Below, in pieces: positions 19,397 to 28,578 of a DNA stretch of 64,000 nucleotides; positions within the stretch are counted from its first letter, which is position 1; every line of letters starts with the position of its first letter. Both the position numbers and the translations under genes were made by a program. Origin of the DNA: an uncultured Alphaproteobacteria bacterium (GTDB taxonomy: Bacteria; Pseudomonadota; Alphaproteobacteria; HIMB59; GCA-002718135); NCBI GenBank assembly GCA_902628835.1, contig CACOPD010000001.1:297347-361346 (forward strand). The letters are read 5' to 3'. Below the pieces are notes generated by a model that was not told the origin of the DNA, searched no databases, and saw only the letters and a program-made list of their open reading frames with translations.

Positions 19397-19960
19397 TTAG
19401 TTCCAATGTGTTACAAAATCATTGTTTTCAAGTTGAGGAATTTTAGAAGCTTCAACTTCAGGAGTTCCAACATATAAATAACCTAAAACTTCATCGTCTT
19501 TATCTAACGATAACTCAGCAGATATATGTTCATTTCTCTCTGTTGAATATTTACCTGTTCTCCAATAAGCGCCATAACCCATGTCGTGTAATGCAATTAA
19601 GATGTTTTGAGCTGCGGCCGCTGTAGATTGAATTTGCTCTAATCTTGGGACATTAGGTTTTTCATGGTTAATTTTTGAAATAACTACAATAACCATGGGT
19701 GATCTCATTGGTAATGCTGCTATTTTCGTTTCTCTTTCTTCATCTAGTTCTTCTGTTTTTTTTGTAGAATTAATAAATGCTTGACCTAATTTTTTTCTTC
19801 CTTCCCCTACCACTTCTATAAACCTCCATGGTCTTAACCAAGAATGGTCAGGAGCTCTTAAAGCGGCTTGATATACCTTCTCCATTTCATCAGCATTTGG
19901 ATGTGGTTCTTTTAATTTAGATATAGATCTTCTAGATAAAAGGGTCTTCATTGTTTCCAT
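19397..19960 (-). CDS. nitroreductase family protein
   Basis: 187 aa. N-terminal LLSRRSISKL motif typical of the NfsA/NfsB-like nitroreductase fold. Confidence 0.7.
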   Translation of the reverse strand: METMKTLLSRRSISKLKEPHPNADEMEKVYQAALRAPDHSWLRPWRFIEVVGEGRKKLGQAFINSTKKTEELDEERETKIAALPMRSPMVIVVISKINHEKPNVPRLEQIQSTAAAAQNILIALHDMGYGAYWRTGKYSTERNEHISAELSLDKDDEVLGYLYVGTPEVEASKIPQLENNDFVTHWN

Positions 19961-19992
19961 TATTAATAAATATTAGTAATTTAAGGAATATC

Positions 19993-20027
19993 AATCAAAT
20001 TTTACGAAATAAATTTAAAATTTGATT
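19993..20027. promoter_or_regulatory. candidate operator: perfect 12-bp inverted repeat AATCAAATTTTA-N11-TAAAATTTGATT
   Basis: Read directly. It occupies the middle of the 87-nt divergent spacer between the nitroreductase gene (ATG 19960, minus) and the CIA30-family gene (ATG 20048, plus). Confidence 0.35.
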
Positions 20028-20047
20028 ATAAAAACTATATACACATT

Positions 20048-20629
20048 ATGATAAATCTAGTTTTTAAAATTTGTGTTTTTTCTTTTTTTTTATCAAAAAC
20101 TACATTTCTTCAAGCTAATGAAAATAAATCTATGATACTAGATAATCTTAGTAACCCTGGTGTAACTTCCCAAGGTCAAAACTGGGCATTTTTTACTGAT
20201 GGGGTAATGGGAGGTTTATCTCAGGGCAAAGCGATTATATCGAAGGTTAATGATGTTAGTTGTTATCACATGACAGGGGATGTCACGACTGAAAATAATG
20301 GTGGCTTTATTCAAATAAGAAATCAATTAAAACCTTCAATATCAACAGAAGAGTTTGAGGGTGTTTATTTTAAAGTATTTGGTAATAATGAAGAGTATTC
20401 AATTCATGTAAGAACCGCTCTAACGATGGCTCCATGGCAATATTATAAATATAGTTTTAAAACTAATTCTGAGTGGACAGTAATAAAAGCACCCTTTAAT
20501 GAATTTAAAAAATCAAATGCATATCAACCTAAAAAATTAGTCGGTCAGAATATTAAGACATTAGGGTTAGTTGCTGGATTTAAAGATTTTCAAGCAGATA
20601 TTTGTTTATCCGAAATTGGCTTTTATTAA
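20048..20629 (+). CDS. CIA30 (complex I intermediate-associated protein 30) domain protein with predicted signal peptide
   Basis: The FTDGVMGGLSQG motif is typical of the CIA30 domain. The hydrophobic N-terminus MINLVFKICVFSFFLSKTTFLQA looks like a Sec signal. Confidence 0.6.
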   Translation: MINLVFKICVFSFFLSKTTFLQANENKSMILDNLSNPGVTSQGQNWAFFTDGVMGGLSQGKAIISKVNDVSCYHMTGDVTTENNGGFIQIRNQLKPSISTEEFEGVYFKVFGNNEEYSIHVRTALTMAPWQYYKYSFKTNSEWTVIKAPFNEFKKSNAYQPKKLVGQNIKTLGLVAGFKDFQADICLSEIGFY

Positions 20630-21360
20630 TAATCTATTTTCTTTAAATATAATCCTTCTGGTGGTGCAGTAACTCCAGCAAATTCTCTTTTTTTGGATTG
20701 AATAATTTCTGAAATAGATTTTTCTATCTTATTTGATCCTATGTCGACTAGTGTGCCGACCATGATTCTAACTTGAGAATGTAAAAAGGATTTAGCTGAT
20801 ATTAAAAAATTTATTTCATCATGATTAAAATTTATATCCAGTGAATGAATAGATTTAATTGGTGATTTCGATTGGCAATTTATTGACCTAAAAGCAGACA
20901 AATCAAATTTGCCTATAAATTGTTGTGATTGTTTTATTATTTTTTCAGTATCTATTTTTTTATGTACACACCAAACTTTGTTTTGTTCTAACGTAATTGG
21001 CGATCTTCTATTTAAGATCTTGTATTCATACCATCTCATTTTTGCTGAAAATCTAGAATTAAAATCTTTATCTACTTCTTCAGCATGTAAAATAGATATG
21101 GGTTGCGGTCTTAAATAATGATTAATTCCATCTCTAATAGTATCAGTATCAAAATGTTGCTCTAATTCAAAATTAGCTACCTGTCCTCTTGCATGAACGC
21201 CTGCATCTGTTCGACCAGCTCCAAATAATGTTATTTTTTGTTTTGATAGTTTTTCTATTGCCTCTTCAACCAATTGTTGAATAGAAGCCCCATTTTCTTG
21301 ACGTTGCCAACCAACATAATTAGTCCCATCATATTCTAATATTATCTTATAGTTATGCAT
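20626..21360 (-). CDS. truA: tRNA pseudouridine(38-40) synthase
   Basis: Catalytic motif GAGRTDAGVHARGQV. 244 aa. Confidence 0.9.
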   Translation of the reverse strand: MHNYKIILEYDGTNYVGWQRQENGASIQQLVEEAIEKLSKQKITLFGAGRTDAGVHARGQVANFELEQHFDTDTIRDGINHYLRPQPISILHAEEVDKDFNSRFSAKMRWYEYKILNRRSPITLEQNKVWCVHKKIDTEKIIKQSQQFIGKFDLSAFRSINCQSKSPIKSIHSLDINFNHDEINFLISAKSFLHSQVRIMVGTLVDIGSNKIEKSISEIIQSKKREFAGVTAPPEGLYLKKIDY

Positions 21361-22276
21361 TTATTATTTCATTAATCTTAAAGCTATAGCCACGAAGAAA
21401 ATCATCTTTAGAAATAATATTTTTACCTTCTCTTTGTAAAATTAGTGGTTCAATACTTCCGTCATTGCACCCAATATCAAAGGTCTCGTTAAGAATCGTC
21501 GATGCATTACCACTAGAATTTGATTTTCTTGCTTTAATAATCTTAATTCTTTCATTTTGTATAGTAAACCAGGCACCAGGTTTAGGAGAGTGAGCTCTTA
21601 TAAGATTTAAAACTTCATTTACAGATTTATTAAAATTAATTTTTCTATTAATTGAAGAAATTTTATTTGCATATGTAGCATCATTATCATCCTGATCAGA
21701 ATAAGAAATTTTTTTATTAAATATAAGAGGAATAGTTTCAACTAATAATTTTATTCCAACCTTTATTAATTTTTGACTTAATTCAAGTTTATTACAATGA
21801 TCTTCTATGTCTACTTTTTTTTGATTAATAATTGGTCCAGCATCTAATTTTTCAATTAGTTTTATAATTGATATTCCTGTCTCTTTATCTCCATTCATTA
21901 AAGAATGCTCTATTGGGGCTGCACCCCTCCATCTAGGTAACAAAGATACATGAATATTGATACAACCAAAGGGTGGTAGTTCTAAAATATCTTTTGGTAA
22001 TATTTTACCATATGCCATGACAATAATTAAATCAGGATTTAATTTTTTCATTACCTCAATAGTATTTTTATCAAATTTATTAGGGCAAAAAACTTCAATT
22101 TTATTTTTATTTGCAAGTTGATGAACTTCAGATTCAATTATTTTCATTCCTCTATATTTTTTTTTTGGAGATTGTGAAAATACTGCAGAAATTGTAAAAT
22201 TACTTGTAATCAAAGCCTCAAGAAATTCAGAGGCTATTTTTGGTGATCCCATAAAAATTATTTTTTTATTACTCAT
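21353..22276 (-). CDS. fmt: methionyl-tRNA formyltransferase
   Basis: NIHVSLLPRWRGAAPIEH motif. Conserved def-fmt pair. Confidence 0.9.
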   Translation of the reverse strand: MSNKKIIFMGSPKIASEFLEALITSNFTISAVFSQSPKKKYRGMKIIESEVHQLANKNKIEVFCPNKFDKNTIEVMKKLNPDLIIVMAYGKILPKDILELPPFGCINIHVSLLPRWRGAAPIEHSLMNGDKETGISIIKLIEKLDAGPIINQKKVDIEDHCNKLELSQKLIKVGIKLLVETIPLIFNKKISYSDQDDNDATYANKISSINRKINFNKSVNEVLNLIRAHSPKPGAWFTIQNERIKIIKARKSNSSGNASTILNETFDIGCNDGSIEPLILQREGKNIISKDDFLRGYSFKINEIINA

Positions 22277-22781
22277 TATTTTTTTTTAAAAATTTTTGTA
22301 CTTTTTTAATCATTATATTCCTTTTTAATGAAGAAAGATAATCAACAAATAACTTTCCAGAAAGATGATCAATTTCATGTTGTAAAATTCTTGACTCCAT
22401 TCCACTAGCTTCTTTTTTTATAAGTTTGTTATTTTCATCTAAGTATTCAACTACTATATTTTTAGGTCTCTCTATTTCTGCAAATTGTTCAGGAAGAGAT
22501 AAACAACCCTCTTCCATAACAATTTTTTCTTGAGAGTATGAAACAATATTTGGGTTAAATAATGTATATTGTGTCTCTTTTTTAGTCTCATGATCTACAA
22601 AAAATATAGTCACAATTTGTTTTAGAATTCCAATTTGATTTGCTGCTAAACCTACACCTGGTGCTTTTATCATTGTTTGCATCATTTTTTTGGCAATTTC
22701 TTTTTCATTAATTCCAACAGATTGAATTTTATCTGCTTTTTGGCGTAATAATGGATTTGGGACGTAGAGTAATTTATCCAT
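22269..22781 (-). CDS. def: peptide deformylase
   Basis: All three PDF motifs are present: GVGLAANQIG, EGCLSLP, HEIDHLSG. Confidence 0.95.
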   Translation of the reverse strand: MDKLLYVPNPLLRQKADKIQSVGINEKEIAKKMMQTMIKAPGVGLAANQIGILKQIVTIFFVDHETKKETQYTLFNPNIVSYSQEKIVMEEGCLSLPEQFAEIERPKNIVVEYLDENNKLIKKEASGMESRILQHEIDHLSGKLFVDYLSSLKRNIMIKKVQKFLKKNNE

Positions 22782-22786
22782 TCAAT

Positions 22787-23386
22787 TTATGTAATTTTTT
22801 TTCTAGATTGAAATGCTGTATTTAATGTGTTTTCATCTAAGTAATGTACTTCTCCACCCATAGGTATTCCTTGTGCAAGTCTTGTTACATTTAAATCTTT
22901 AAATTTTTCTAGTTTATCTGCAATTACAAAAGATGTTGTTTGTCCTTCCATAGTTGTGCTTAAGGCAAGAATAATTTCTTTAACATTATTTGTTTCAATT
23001 CTCTTTAGTAGATGTTCTATTTTCAATTCTTCAGTTCCAATGCCTTGAATTGCTGATAACGAGCCACCTAGAACATTGTAGAGACCTCGATAAAATCCTA
23101 CTTTTTCTAATGTCCACAAATCTGACACATCCTCAATAACACAAATAGTTGCTTTATCCCTTTTAGGATTTGCACAAATATTGCATGGATTTATCATGTC
23201 TATATTTCCACATTCTTTGCATTCAATAATTTTATTATAAGATAAGTTTAAACTCTCAATTAAAGGAGATAAATTTTTATCTTTATTTTTTAATAAAAAA
23301 AGAGCAATTCTTTGAGCTGATCTTCTTCCTAATCCTGGAAGTTTTGAAATATCATTTATTAACTTATCTATTGGGGATTGCTCCAT
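22787..23386 (-). CDS. recR: recombination protein RecR
   Basis: 199 aa. C4 zinc finger CKECGNIDMINPCNIC plus a Toprim region. Conserved dnaX-ybaB-recR string. Confidence 0.95.
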   Translation of the reverse strand: MEQSPIDKLINDISKLPGLGRRSAQRIALFLLKNKDKNLSPLIESLNLSYNKIIECKECGNIDMINPCNICANPKRDKATICVIEDVSDLWTLEKVGFYRGLYNVLGGSLSAIQGIGTEELKIEHLLKRIETNNVKEIILALSTTMEGQTTSFVIADKLEKFKDLNVTRLAQGIPMGGEVHYLDENTLNTAFQSRKKIT

Positions 23387-23388
23387 TT

Positions 23389-23712
23389 TTAGAAAGGAAG
23401 TTTCATTCCTGGAGGTAATGGTAGGCCACCTGTGAGATTTTTCATTTCTTCTTGGGCTGCAGCTTCTCCTTTTTCTTTGGCATCATTAATTGCAGCTATG
23501 ATTAAATCTTCAAGTATTTCTTTCTCATCTTGTTTAATCAAGCTATCGTCAATTGAAATTCTTTTAAATACACCTTTTGCTGTGGCTGTAACTTTAATAA
23601 GGCCTCCTCCAGAAGTGCCCTCAACTTCAATATCATTTAGTTTATTTTGTGCTTCAGCCATTTTTTTTTGCAACTGCTGAGCTTGCTTCATCATATTACC
23701 TAAATTAACCAT
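23389..23712 (-). CDS. ybaB: YbaB/EbfC family nucleoid-associated protein
   Basis: 107 aa. MMKQAQQLQKKMAEAQ N-terminus and a position between dnaX and recR. Confidence 0.9.
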   Translation of the reverse strand: MVNLGNMMKQAQQLQKKMAEAQNKLNDIEVEGTSGGGLIKVTATAKGVFKRISIDDSLIKQDEKEILEDLIIAAINDAKEKGEAAAQEEMKNLTGGLPLPPGMKLPF

Positions 23713-25400
23713 TATTTCTCCTTTTTAATCTGTGGTCGATTTATATCTGTGTCATCATCATTTATTTCACCTAGTTCTGTAATAGCGTGAATTTTACTTT
23801 CAGGAAATTCTTTTAATATTTTTTTTACCTCTGGATGATTTTTCATTATTTCAATTTCTTTTTGTTGGTTAATAATATCCTCATCATGTAAACTTTTTCC
23901 AAGATTGCTTGTTGATGAATGTACCTGCCAAATTCTTCCTGTCCATTTAGAGATAAATTTTGCAACAGTTCTATTGAAGCCAGTATCATTAATATTGGAT
24001 GTATTTAATGTAACCTCTCCTTCTTTAAAAGAGACTAACTTCACTTCATTGTACAACTTAGTATGAAGTAATCCTTCTCTATTTTTAAAAAACATATCGA
24101 CAAAATGCCTAAAGTCTTGAATATGTTTTATATCTACATTTTCTTTTGGTAAAATTTCTTTTTTATTTTCATTGAAGTTTAAAACTTTGCTTCCTTCATT
24201 AGCTTTATTTTGTAGTTCAAGATTTTTTTCTGTGGGTTCTTTTTTGATTTCTTCTTTATCCATTTTTTTAATTAGATCTTCTGGACTTGGACCATCATGT
24301 AAATAAATAATTCTTAAAATAATCATTTCTCCATGTTGATATAAATGAGAACTATTTTGTAATTCTTGATAACCTTTGAATAAAATTTGCCATATAATAT
24401 TTAAATTATTTAATGTCATTTTTGATGACAGTTCAGCCCCTTTATTTCGTTCAAATTCAGGAATATAAATGTCATCTTTTAAATCTGGTGCTATTTTAAT
24501 TTGAACAAGGAAATGTACTACATTTAATATTTCATCAAATATCATTGCTATATCTGCCCCTAACTCATACAACTCTTTGTACTTATTAATTGCACCAAAG
24601 GCATCGCCTTCTAAAATAATTTCTATTAAGTTAAATATTTTTTCTCTATCAGCTAGTCCTAGCATGCTAATTACAGTTTGAGAGTCAACTTTTTCATTTG
24701 GACTACTAATTGCTTGATCTAATAGACTAAGACCATCTCTTACAGATCCATCTGCTGATCTAACAATTAAAGAAATAGCATCTAAATCGATATCAATATT
24801 TTCTAGTTTAGAAATTTTTAATAAATGATCTGATAAAATTTTATTTTCTATTCTATGTAAATCAAATCTCTGACATCTTGATAAAACAGTTATTGGTACT
24901 TTTTTAATTTCAGTTGTAGCAAAAATAAACTTAACATGTTCTGGTGGTTCTTCCAAAGTTTTAAGCAAAGCATTAAATGCACTTTTTGAAAGCATATGAA
25001 CTTCATCAATTATAAATATTTTATAATCACAGATAACGGGTTTATATTTTACGTTATCAATTATTTCTCTAATGTCATCAACACCAGTATTCGATGCTGC
25101 ATCAATCTCAATCACGTCAAGATTACTGTCTGAAGTTATTGATTTACAGGAATCACAATTTCCACAGGGTTCAAAATTTTTTTTATTCCTATTTTTACAA
25201 TTAATACTCATCGCTATAAGTCTAGCAGTTGTGGTTTTCCCAACACCTCTGACACCTGTTAAAATATATGCGTGAGCTAGTCGGTCATTATTAATAGCGT
25301 TTGATAAAATTTTTACTAATAATTCTTGACCAACTAAATCTTCAAATTTTTGAGGTCTGTATTTTCTAGCTAAAACTTTATATTTTTTTTCTTCTGTCAT
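23712..25400 (-). CDS. dnaX: DNA polymerase III subunit tau/gamma
   Basis: Walker A GVRGVGKTTTAR, Zn module CGNCDSCKS, Walker B FIIDEVHMLS. I place the start at the ATG at 25400 (MTEEKKYKVLARKYRP). The track start at 25433 would overlap the SRP RNA. Confidence 0.9.
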   Translation of the reverse strand: MTEEKKYKVLARKYRPQKFEDLVGQELLVKILSNAINNDRLAHAYILTGVRGVGKTTTARLIAMSINCKNRNKKNFEPCGNCDSCKSITSDSNLDVIEIDAASNTGVDDIREIIDNVKYKPVICDYKIFIIDEVHMLSKSAFNALLKTLEEPPEHVKFIFATTEIKKVPITVLSRCQRFDLHRIENKILSDHLLKISKLENIDIDLDAISLIVRSADGSVRDGLSLLDQAISSPNEKVDSQTVISMLGLADREKIFNLIEIILEGDAFGAINKYKELYELGADIAMIFDEILNVVHFLVQIKIAPDLKDDIYIPEFERNKGAELSSKMTLNNLNIIWQILFKGYQELQNSSHLYQHGEMIILRIIYLHDGPSPEDLIKKMDKEEIKKEPTEKNLELQNKANEGSKVLNFNENKKEILPKENVDIKHIQDFRHFVDMFFKNREGLLHTKLYNEVKLVSFKEGEVTLNTSNINDTGFNRTVAKFISKWTGRIWQVHSSTSNLGKSLHDEDIINQQKEIEIMKNHPEVKKILKEFPESKIHAITELGEINDDDTDINRPQIKKEK

Positions 25401-25410
25401 TATAATAAAT

Positions 25411-25498
25411 GGAAGGAGTTGAGACCCAAACAAGATTGTTACAGCTGCTTCTTTTCAGATCTGACTGGATTAGCAATTTATTTGCCCTCAATCCTCCC
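25411..25498 (-). ncRNA. ffs: signal recognition particle RNA, small (4.5S) type; ends approximate to about 5 nt
   Basis: The reverse complement reads GGGAGGAUUGAGGGCAAAUAAAUUGCUAAUCCAGUCAGAUCUGAAAAGAAGCAGCUGUAACAAUCUUGUUUGGGUCUCAACUCCUUCC. The core CCAGUCAGAUCUGAAAAGAAGCAGC matches the conserved domain IV of E. coli 4.5S RNA (CCAGGUCAGGUCCGGAAGGAAGCAGC) and carries a GAAA tetraloop. The 5' GGGAGGAUUGAG pairs with the 3' CUCAACUCCUUCC. It lies immediately upstream of dnaX, the usual position. Confidence 0.8.
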
Positions 25499-25553
25499 TG
25501 TAGCAATATAACATTAATGTAAATAAATTATAAATAGACTTTTTTAAAAAATT

Positions 25554-26396
25554 CTATTTTTTCCTGAATGAAGATTTCTCATATACTCCAAGGATTTCTA
25601 TCTTCTTACAAAAAAATTTCATCTCTTCTAATGCTAGTTTTACAGATTTATTTTCAGGATGCCCCTCAAAATCTACATAAAATTGTGCGACATCAAAACC
25701 CTGTGGGTGAATGTAACTCTCAAGCTTAGTTATATTAACACCATTACTGGCAAATCCGCCAAGACATTTATATAAAACTGCTGGAATACTTCTAACTGTA
25801 AATACTAATGTTGTAAGTATGTCCTTTGTTTCTGGATTTATATCTAATAAATTTTTTTGCATTACAAGAAATCGGGTTACGTTATTTTGGGTATCTTGGA
25901 AATTTTTCTCCAAAATATCAAGATCATAGATTTTAGCAGCAAGTTCAGATGCGATAGCAGCATCTTCAATATTATTTAACTCTGAGATTAATTTAGCAGA
26001 TCCAGCTGTATCAGCTTCAACAATCATTTGTTTTTCTAATTTTAAAATTTTGTTTCGACATTGAGCAATTCCTTGTTCGTGACTTCTAATTCTTTTAATA
26101 TCTGCAATTTTTGCACCTCTAATTCCAAGTAAGTTATGATTTACTTCATGAAAATATTCATAAGTTATTTTTAAATTAGAGTCGGGTATCAATCTTTGAG
26201 TATCAGCTACTCTCCCTGCAAGAGAGTTTTCTATTGGGACCATTGCTGCTTCAGATTTTCCTGATCTAACATGTTCGAACATATCTTCAAAAGTAGCACA
26301 AGGCATACTTATTGCATTTGGAAAAATATTTTTTCCTGCTTGTTCGCTATAAGCACCACTTACACCTTGAAATGAAAAACTATCAACTTTAATCAT
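25554..26396 (-). CDS. pheA: prephenate dehydratase
   Basis: 280 aa. PDT domain with the TRF motif (NVTRFLVM) and a C-terminal ACT-like region (ITKLESYIHP...FYVDFEGH). Confidence 0.85.
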   Translation of the reverse strand: MIKVDSFSFQGVSGAYSEQAGKNIFPNAISMPCATFEDMFEHVRSGKSEAAMVPIENSLAGRVADTQRLIPDSNLKITYEYFHEVNHNLLGIRGAKIADIKRIRSHEQGIAQCRNKILKLEKQMIVEADTAGSAKLISELNNIEDAAIASELAAKIYDLDILEKNFQDTQNNVTRFLVMQKNLLDINPETKDILTTLVFTVRSIPAVLYKCLGGFASNGVNITKLESYIHPQGFDVAQFYVDFEGHPENKSVKLALEEMKFFCKKIEILGVYEKSSFRKK

Positions 26397-27117
26397 TTTG
26401 CTTTCTTATATTAGTTTCAATATTTATTAAATCCTCTTTTGTATCTACACTTATTGGAACTGCAGGAACATAAGAAACTCCAATTGGAATATTAGAGTCC
26501 ATAGCTCTCATTTGTTCTAAACTTAAATCTATTTCATTTTTTGATTTAGGAAGATTGATAAATGTATTTATTGAATCTGGAGTATAGCTGTAGATACCAA
26601 CATGATGGTATAAGTTTTTATTTTCTATTGTAGCTTCTCTATAAAAATTTAACGCCTGCGCTACTTCATTTTTTTTAAAATCAACTTCAACTTTAGTTAC
26701 ATTAGGATTATTTAGCTCATTATCACTTAAGTTAGTTGCAAGTGTTCCAATACGAAAATTTTTTTTTATTGGATCAATAACTTTAAGAATATGGTCTGGA
26801 TTTATAAGAGGCATATCACCCTGTAGATTAATTATTATATCAATATCTTGATTATTATTTATCTTTAAAAATGCAGAATGAACTCTATCGGTCCCAGATG
26901 GGAGATTTGGATCTGTCATAATAGCTTTGCCACCATTACTTACAATTAAATCATGAACTTCAATTTCCGAGCAAGCAACAAACACTTCTCCAATTTTTGA
27001 TGCAATTGCCTGTTGCCACACTCGTTGTATCATTGGAATACCATCTATCGACATTAATGGTTTACCCGGCAGTCTAGTGGAAGCCATTCGAGAAGGTATA
27101 ATTACAACACTTTTCAT
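26389..27117 (-). CDS. kdsB: 3-deoxy-manno-octulosonate cytidylyltransferase (CMP-Kdo synthetase)
   Basis: N-terminal VIIPSRMASTRLPGKPL motif. 242 aa. Confidence 0.9.
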   Translation of the reverse strand: MKSVVIIPSRMASTRLPGKPLMSIDGIPMIQRVWQQAIASKIGEVFVACSEIEVHDLIVSNGGKAIMTDPNLPSGTDRVHSAFLKINNNQDIDIIINLQGDMPLINPDHILKVIDPIKKNFRIGTLATNLSDNELNNPNVTKVEVDFKKNEVAQALNFYREATIENKNLYHHVGIYSYTPDSINTFINLPKSKNEIDLSLEQMRAMDSNIPIGVSYVPAVPISVDTKEDLINIETNIRKQND

Positions 27118-27208
27118 AATTTATGCGACAATTAGGCTAGAGAATTTAAATTTCATACTTACGACAAATATATTCTTTCTTCTAAAAAATCTGTATATGT
27201 ACTTATAC

Positions 27209-27754
27209 ATGTCTGGGCTTGAAGTTAATAAAATTTTAGCATCAATAATATTAGCTGTATTAATTGTTACACTAATTGGCCATTTTGGAGATCTAGTAAT
27301 TGATATTGATCATGATGAAAAAAAAGAAACAGCTTATAAAATAGATGTTCCAGAGGATTCTACTGGTGTAGGAGTAGTAGAAAAAAAAGAAGAGGTAATT
27401 GAACCAATTTCTATTTTACTAGCAAGTGCTTCCCTTGATAATGGAGAAAAATTATTCAAGAAATGTGCAACATGCCATAATTATGAGAAGGGTAGTGCCA
27501 ATAAAGTAGGCCCTCACTTATGGAATATCATTAATAGACCAAAAGCAAATGTTGAAGGTTTTGCATACTCTAAAGCTTTAGCTGAATACGGTGGAGAATG
27601 GGGGTATGAAGAATTGGCAGAATTTTTATATAAGCCAAAAAAATATATAAAAGGAACAAAAATGAACTTTGCAGGTTTGAAAAAAGTAAAAGATAGAGCA
27701 GACTTAGTTTATTTCCTAAGAGAACACTCAGATAATCCAGCGCCACTCCCATAA
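27209..27754 (+). CDS. membrane-anchored class I cytochrome c
   Basis: N-terminal TM anchor (ILASIILAVLIVTLIG), heme motif CATCHN, Met-ligand region GTKMNFAGLKK. The start is moved to the ATG at 27209, because the track start at 27077 overlaps kdsB and encodes junk-like residues. Confidence 0.8.
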   Translation: MSGLEVNKILASIILAVLIVTLIGHFGDLVIDIDHDEKKETAYKIDVPEDSTGVGVVEKKEEVIEPISILLASASLDNGEKLFKKCATCHNYEKGSANKVGPHLWNIINRPKANVEGFAYSKALAEYGGEWGYEELAEFLYKPKKYIKGTKMNFAGLKKVKDRADLVYFLREHSDNPAPLP

Positions 27755-27763
27755 ATTTAAGTA

Positions 27764-28537
27764 ATGATTTCAAACACAGAAGAGTTTTCAAAATTTGCAA
27801 ACTCTTTGGCCGATGATGCATCTAAAACTTCGATGCATTATTTTAGAAACAAAATTGAAATAGAAATTAAAGATGATGAAAGTCCTGTAACTTTAGCAGA
27901 TAAAGAAACAGAACAAGTATTAAGAGAGAAAATAAGAAAAGAATATCCTCATCATGGAATTTTAGGTGAAGAGTATGAAAATGAAAAAATTGACTCTGAA
28001 TTTTTATGGGTACTAGATCCTATAGATGGGACAAGAAGTTATATAGCTGGACATAAAGATTTTGGTAATTTAATTGCATTACTTCATAATAAAAAGCCAG
28101 TTTTAGGAATTATTAATTGTCCAGCACATAATGAACGATGGTTAGGAATAAAAAATCAAAAGACAAAATGTAATGGGAAAGATGTTCAAACTAGTACAAT
28201 TAAACAAATCAAAGATGCCTATCTTTTTACATCTGGATTATATTTTGACGAGCCTCAAATTAGAAAGGGGTTAGAATTACTCAAAGAAAAATCAAGATAC
28301 TATAGACTTGGTGGTGATTGTTATATGTATGGGATGTTAGCCTCAGGTTTAATTGATATTGTTTTAGAAGATACATTAAAAGTGCATGATTATATGGCTC
28401 TTGTAAATGTAATTGAAGGAGCTGGTGGAGTAATTACGGATAAGTTTGGACAAGGTATATCGCTAGACTCAGATGGCAGTTTAGTTGCCTCCAGTACAAG
28501 CTCTCTTCACGATGAAATAATTAAATTAATAAACTAA
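27764..28537 (+). CDS. inositol monophosphatase family protein (possibly histidinol-phosphatase HisN type)
   Basis: IMPase motifs ILGEEY and WVLDPIDGT. 257 aa. The specific substrate is not determinable from the sequence. Confidence 0.7.
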   Translation: MISNTEEFSKFANSLADDASKTSMHYFRNKIEIEIKDDESPVTLADKETEQVLREKIRKEYPHHGILGEEYENEKIDSEFLWVLDPIDGTRSYIAGHKDFGNLIALLHNKKPVLGIINCPAHNERWLGIKNQKTKCNGKDVQTSTIKQIKDAYLFTSGLYFDEPQIRKGLELLKEKSRYYRLGGDCYMYGMLASGLIDIVLEDTLKVHDYMALVNVIEGAGGVITDKFGQGISLDSDGSLVASSTSSLHDEIIKLIN

Positions 28538-28578
28538 AATTTATTTTAATTTTTAATAAATAGACATATATTACAAAC

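Noticed and set aside
24263-24269. A7 run (AUU AAA AAA AUG) inside dnaX, considered as a programmed -1 frameshift or slippage site for a gamma-like product.
   Set aside because: The zero-frame context is U AAA AAA, not a full X XXY YYZ heptamer. The -1 frame stays open for many codons instead of terminating quickly, and I see no downstream stem-loop. A-runs are also common in this AT-rich genome.
25401-25433. N-terminal extension of dnaX in the ORF track (MFGSQLLPFII).
   Set aside because: It overlaps the 3' half of the SRP RNA closing helix. The downstream ATG at 25400 gives the canonical MTEEKKYKVLARKYRP start.
25506-25553. Near-palindrome TAGACTTTTTTAAAAAATTCTA between the pheA stop and the SRP RNA, considered as a terminator or ffs promoter element.
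   Set aside because: It is imperfect (one mismatched pair) and almost entirely A/T. I could not place convincing -35/-10 hexamers at correct spacing relative to the RNA 5' end.
27077-27208. N-terminal extension of the cytochrome c ORF that overlaps kdsB.
   Set aside because: The extension overlaps the kdsB coding region on the opposite strand and encodes low-complexity residues. The ATG at 27209 gives a sensible start followed by a TM anchor.
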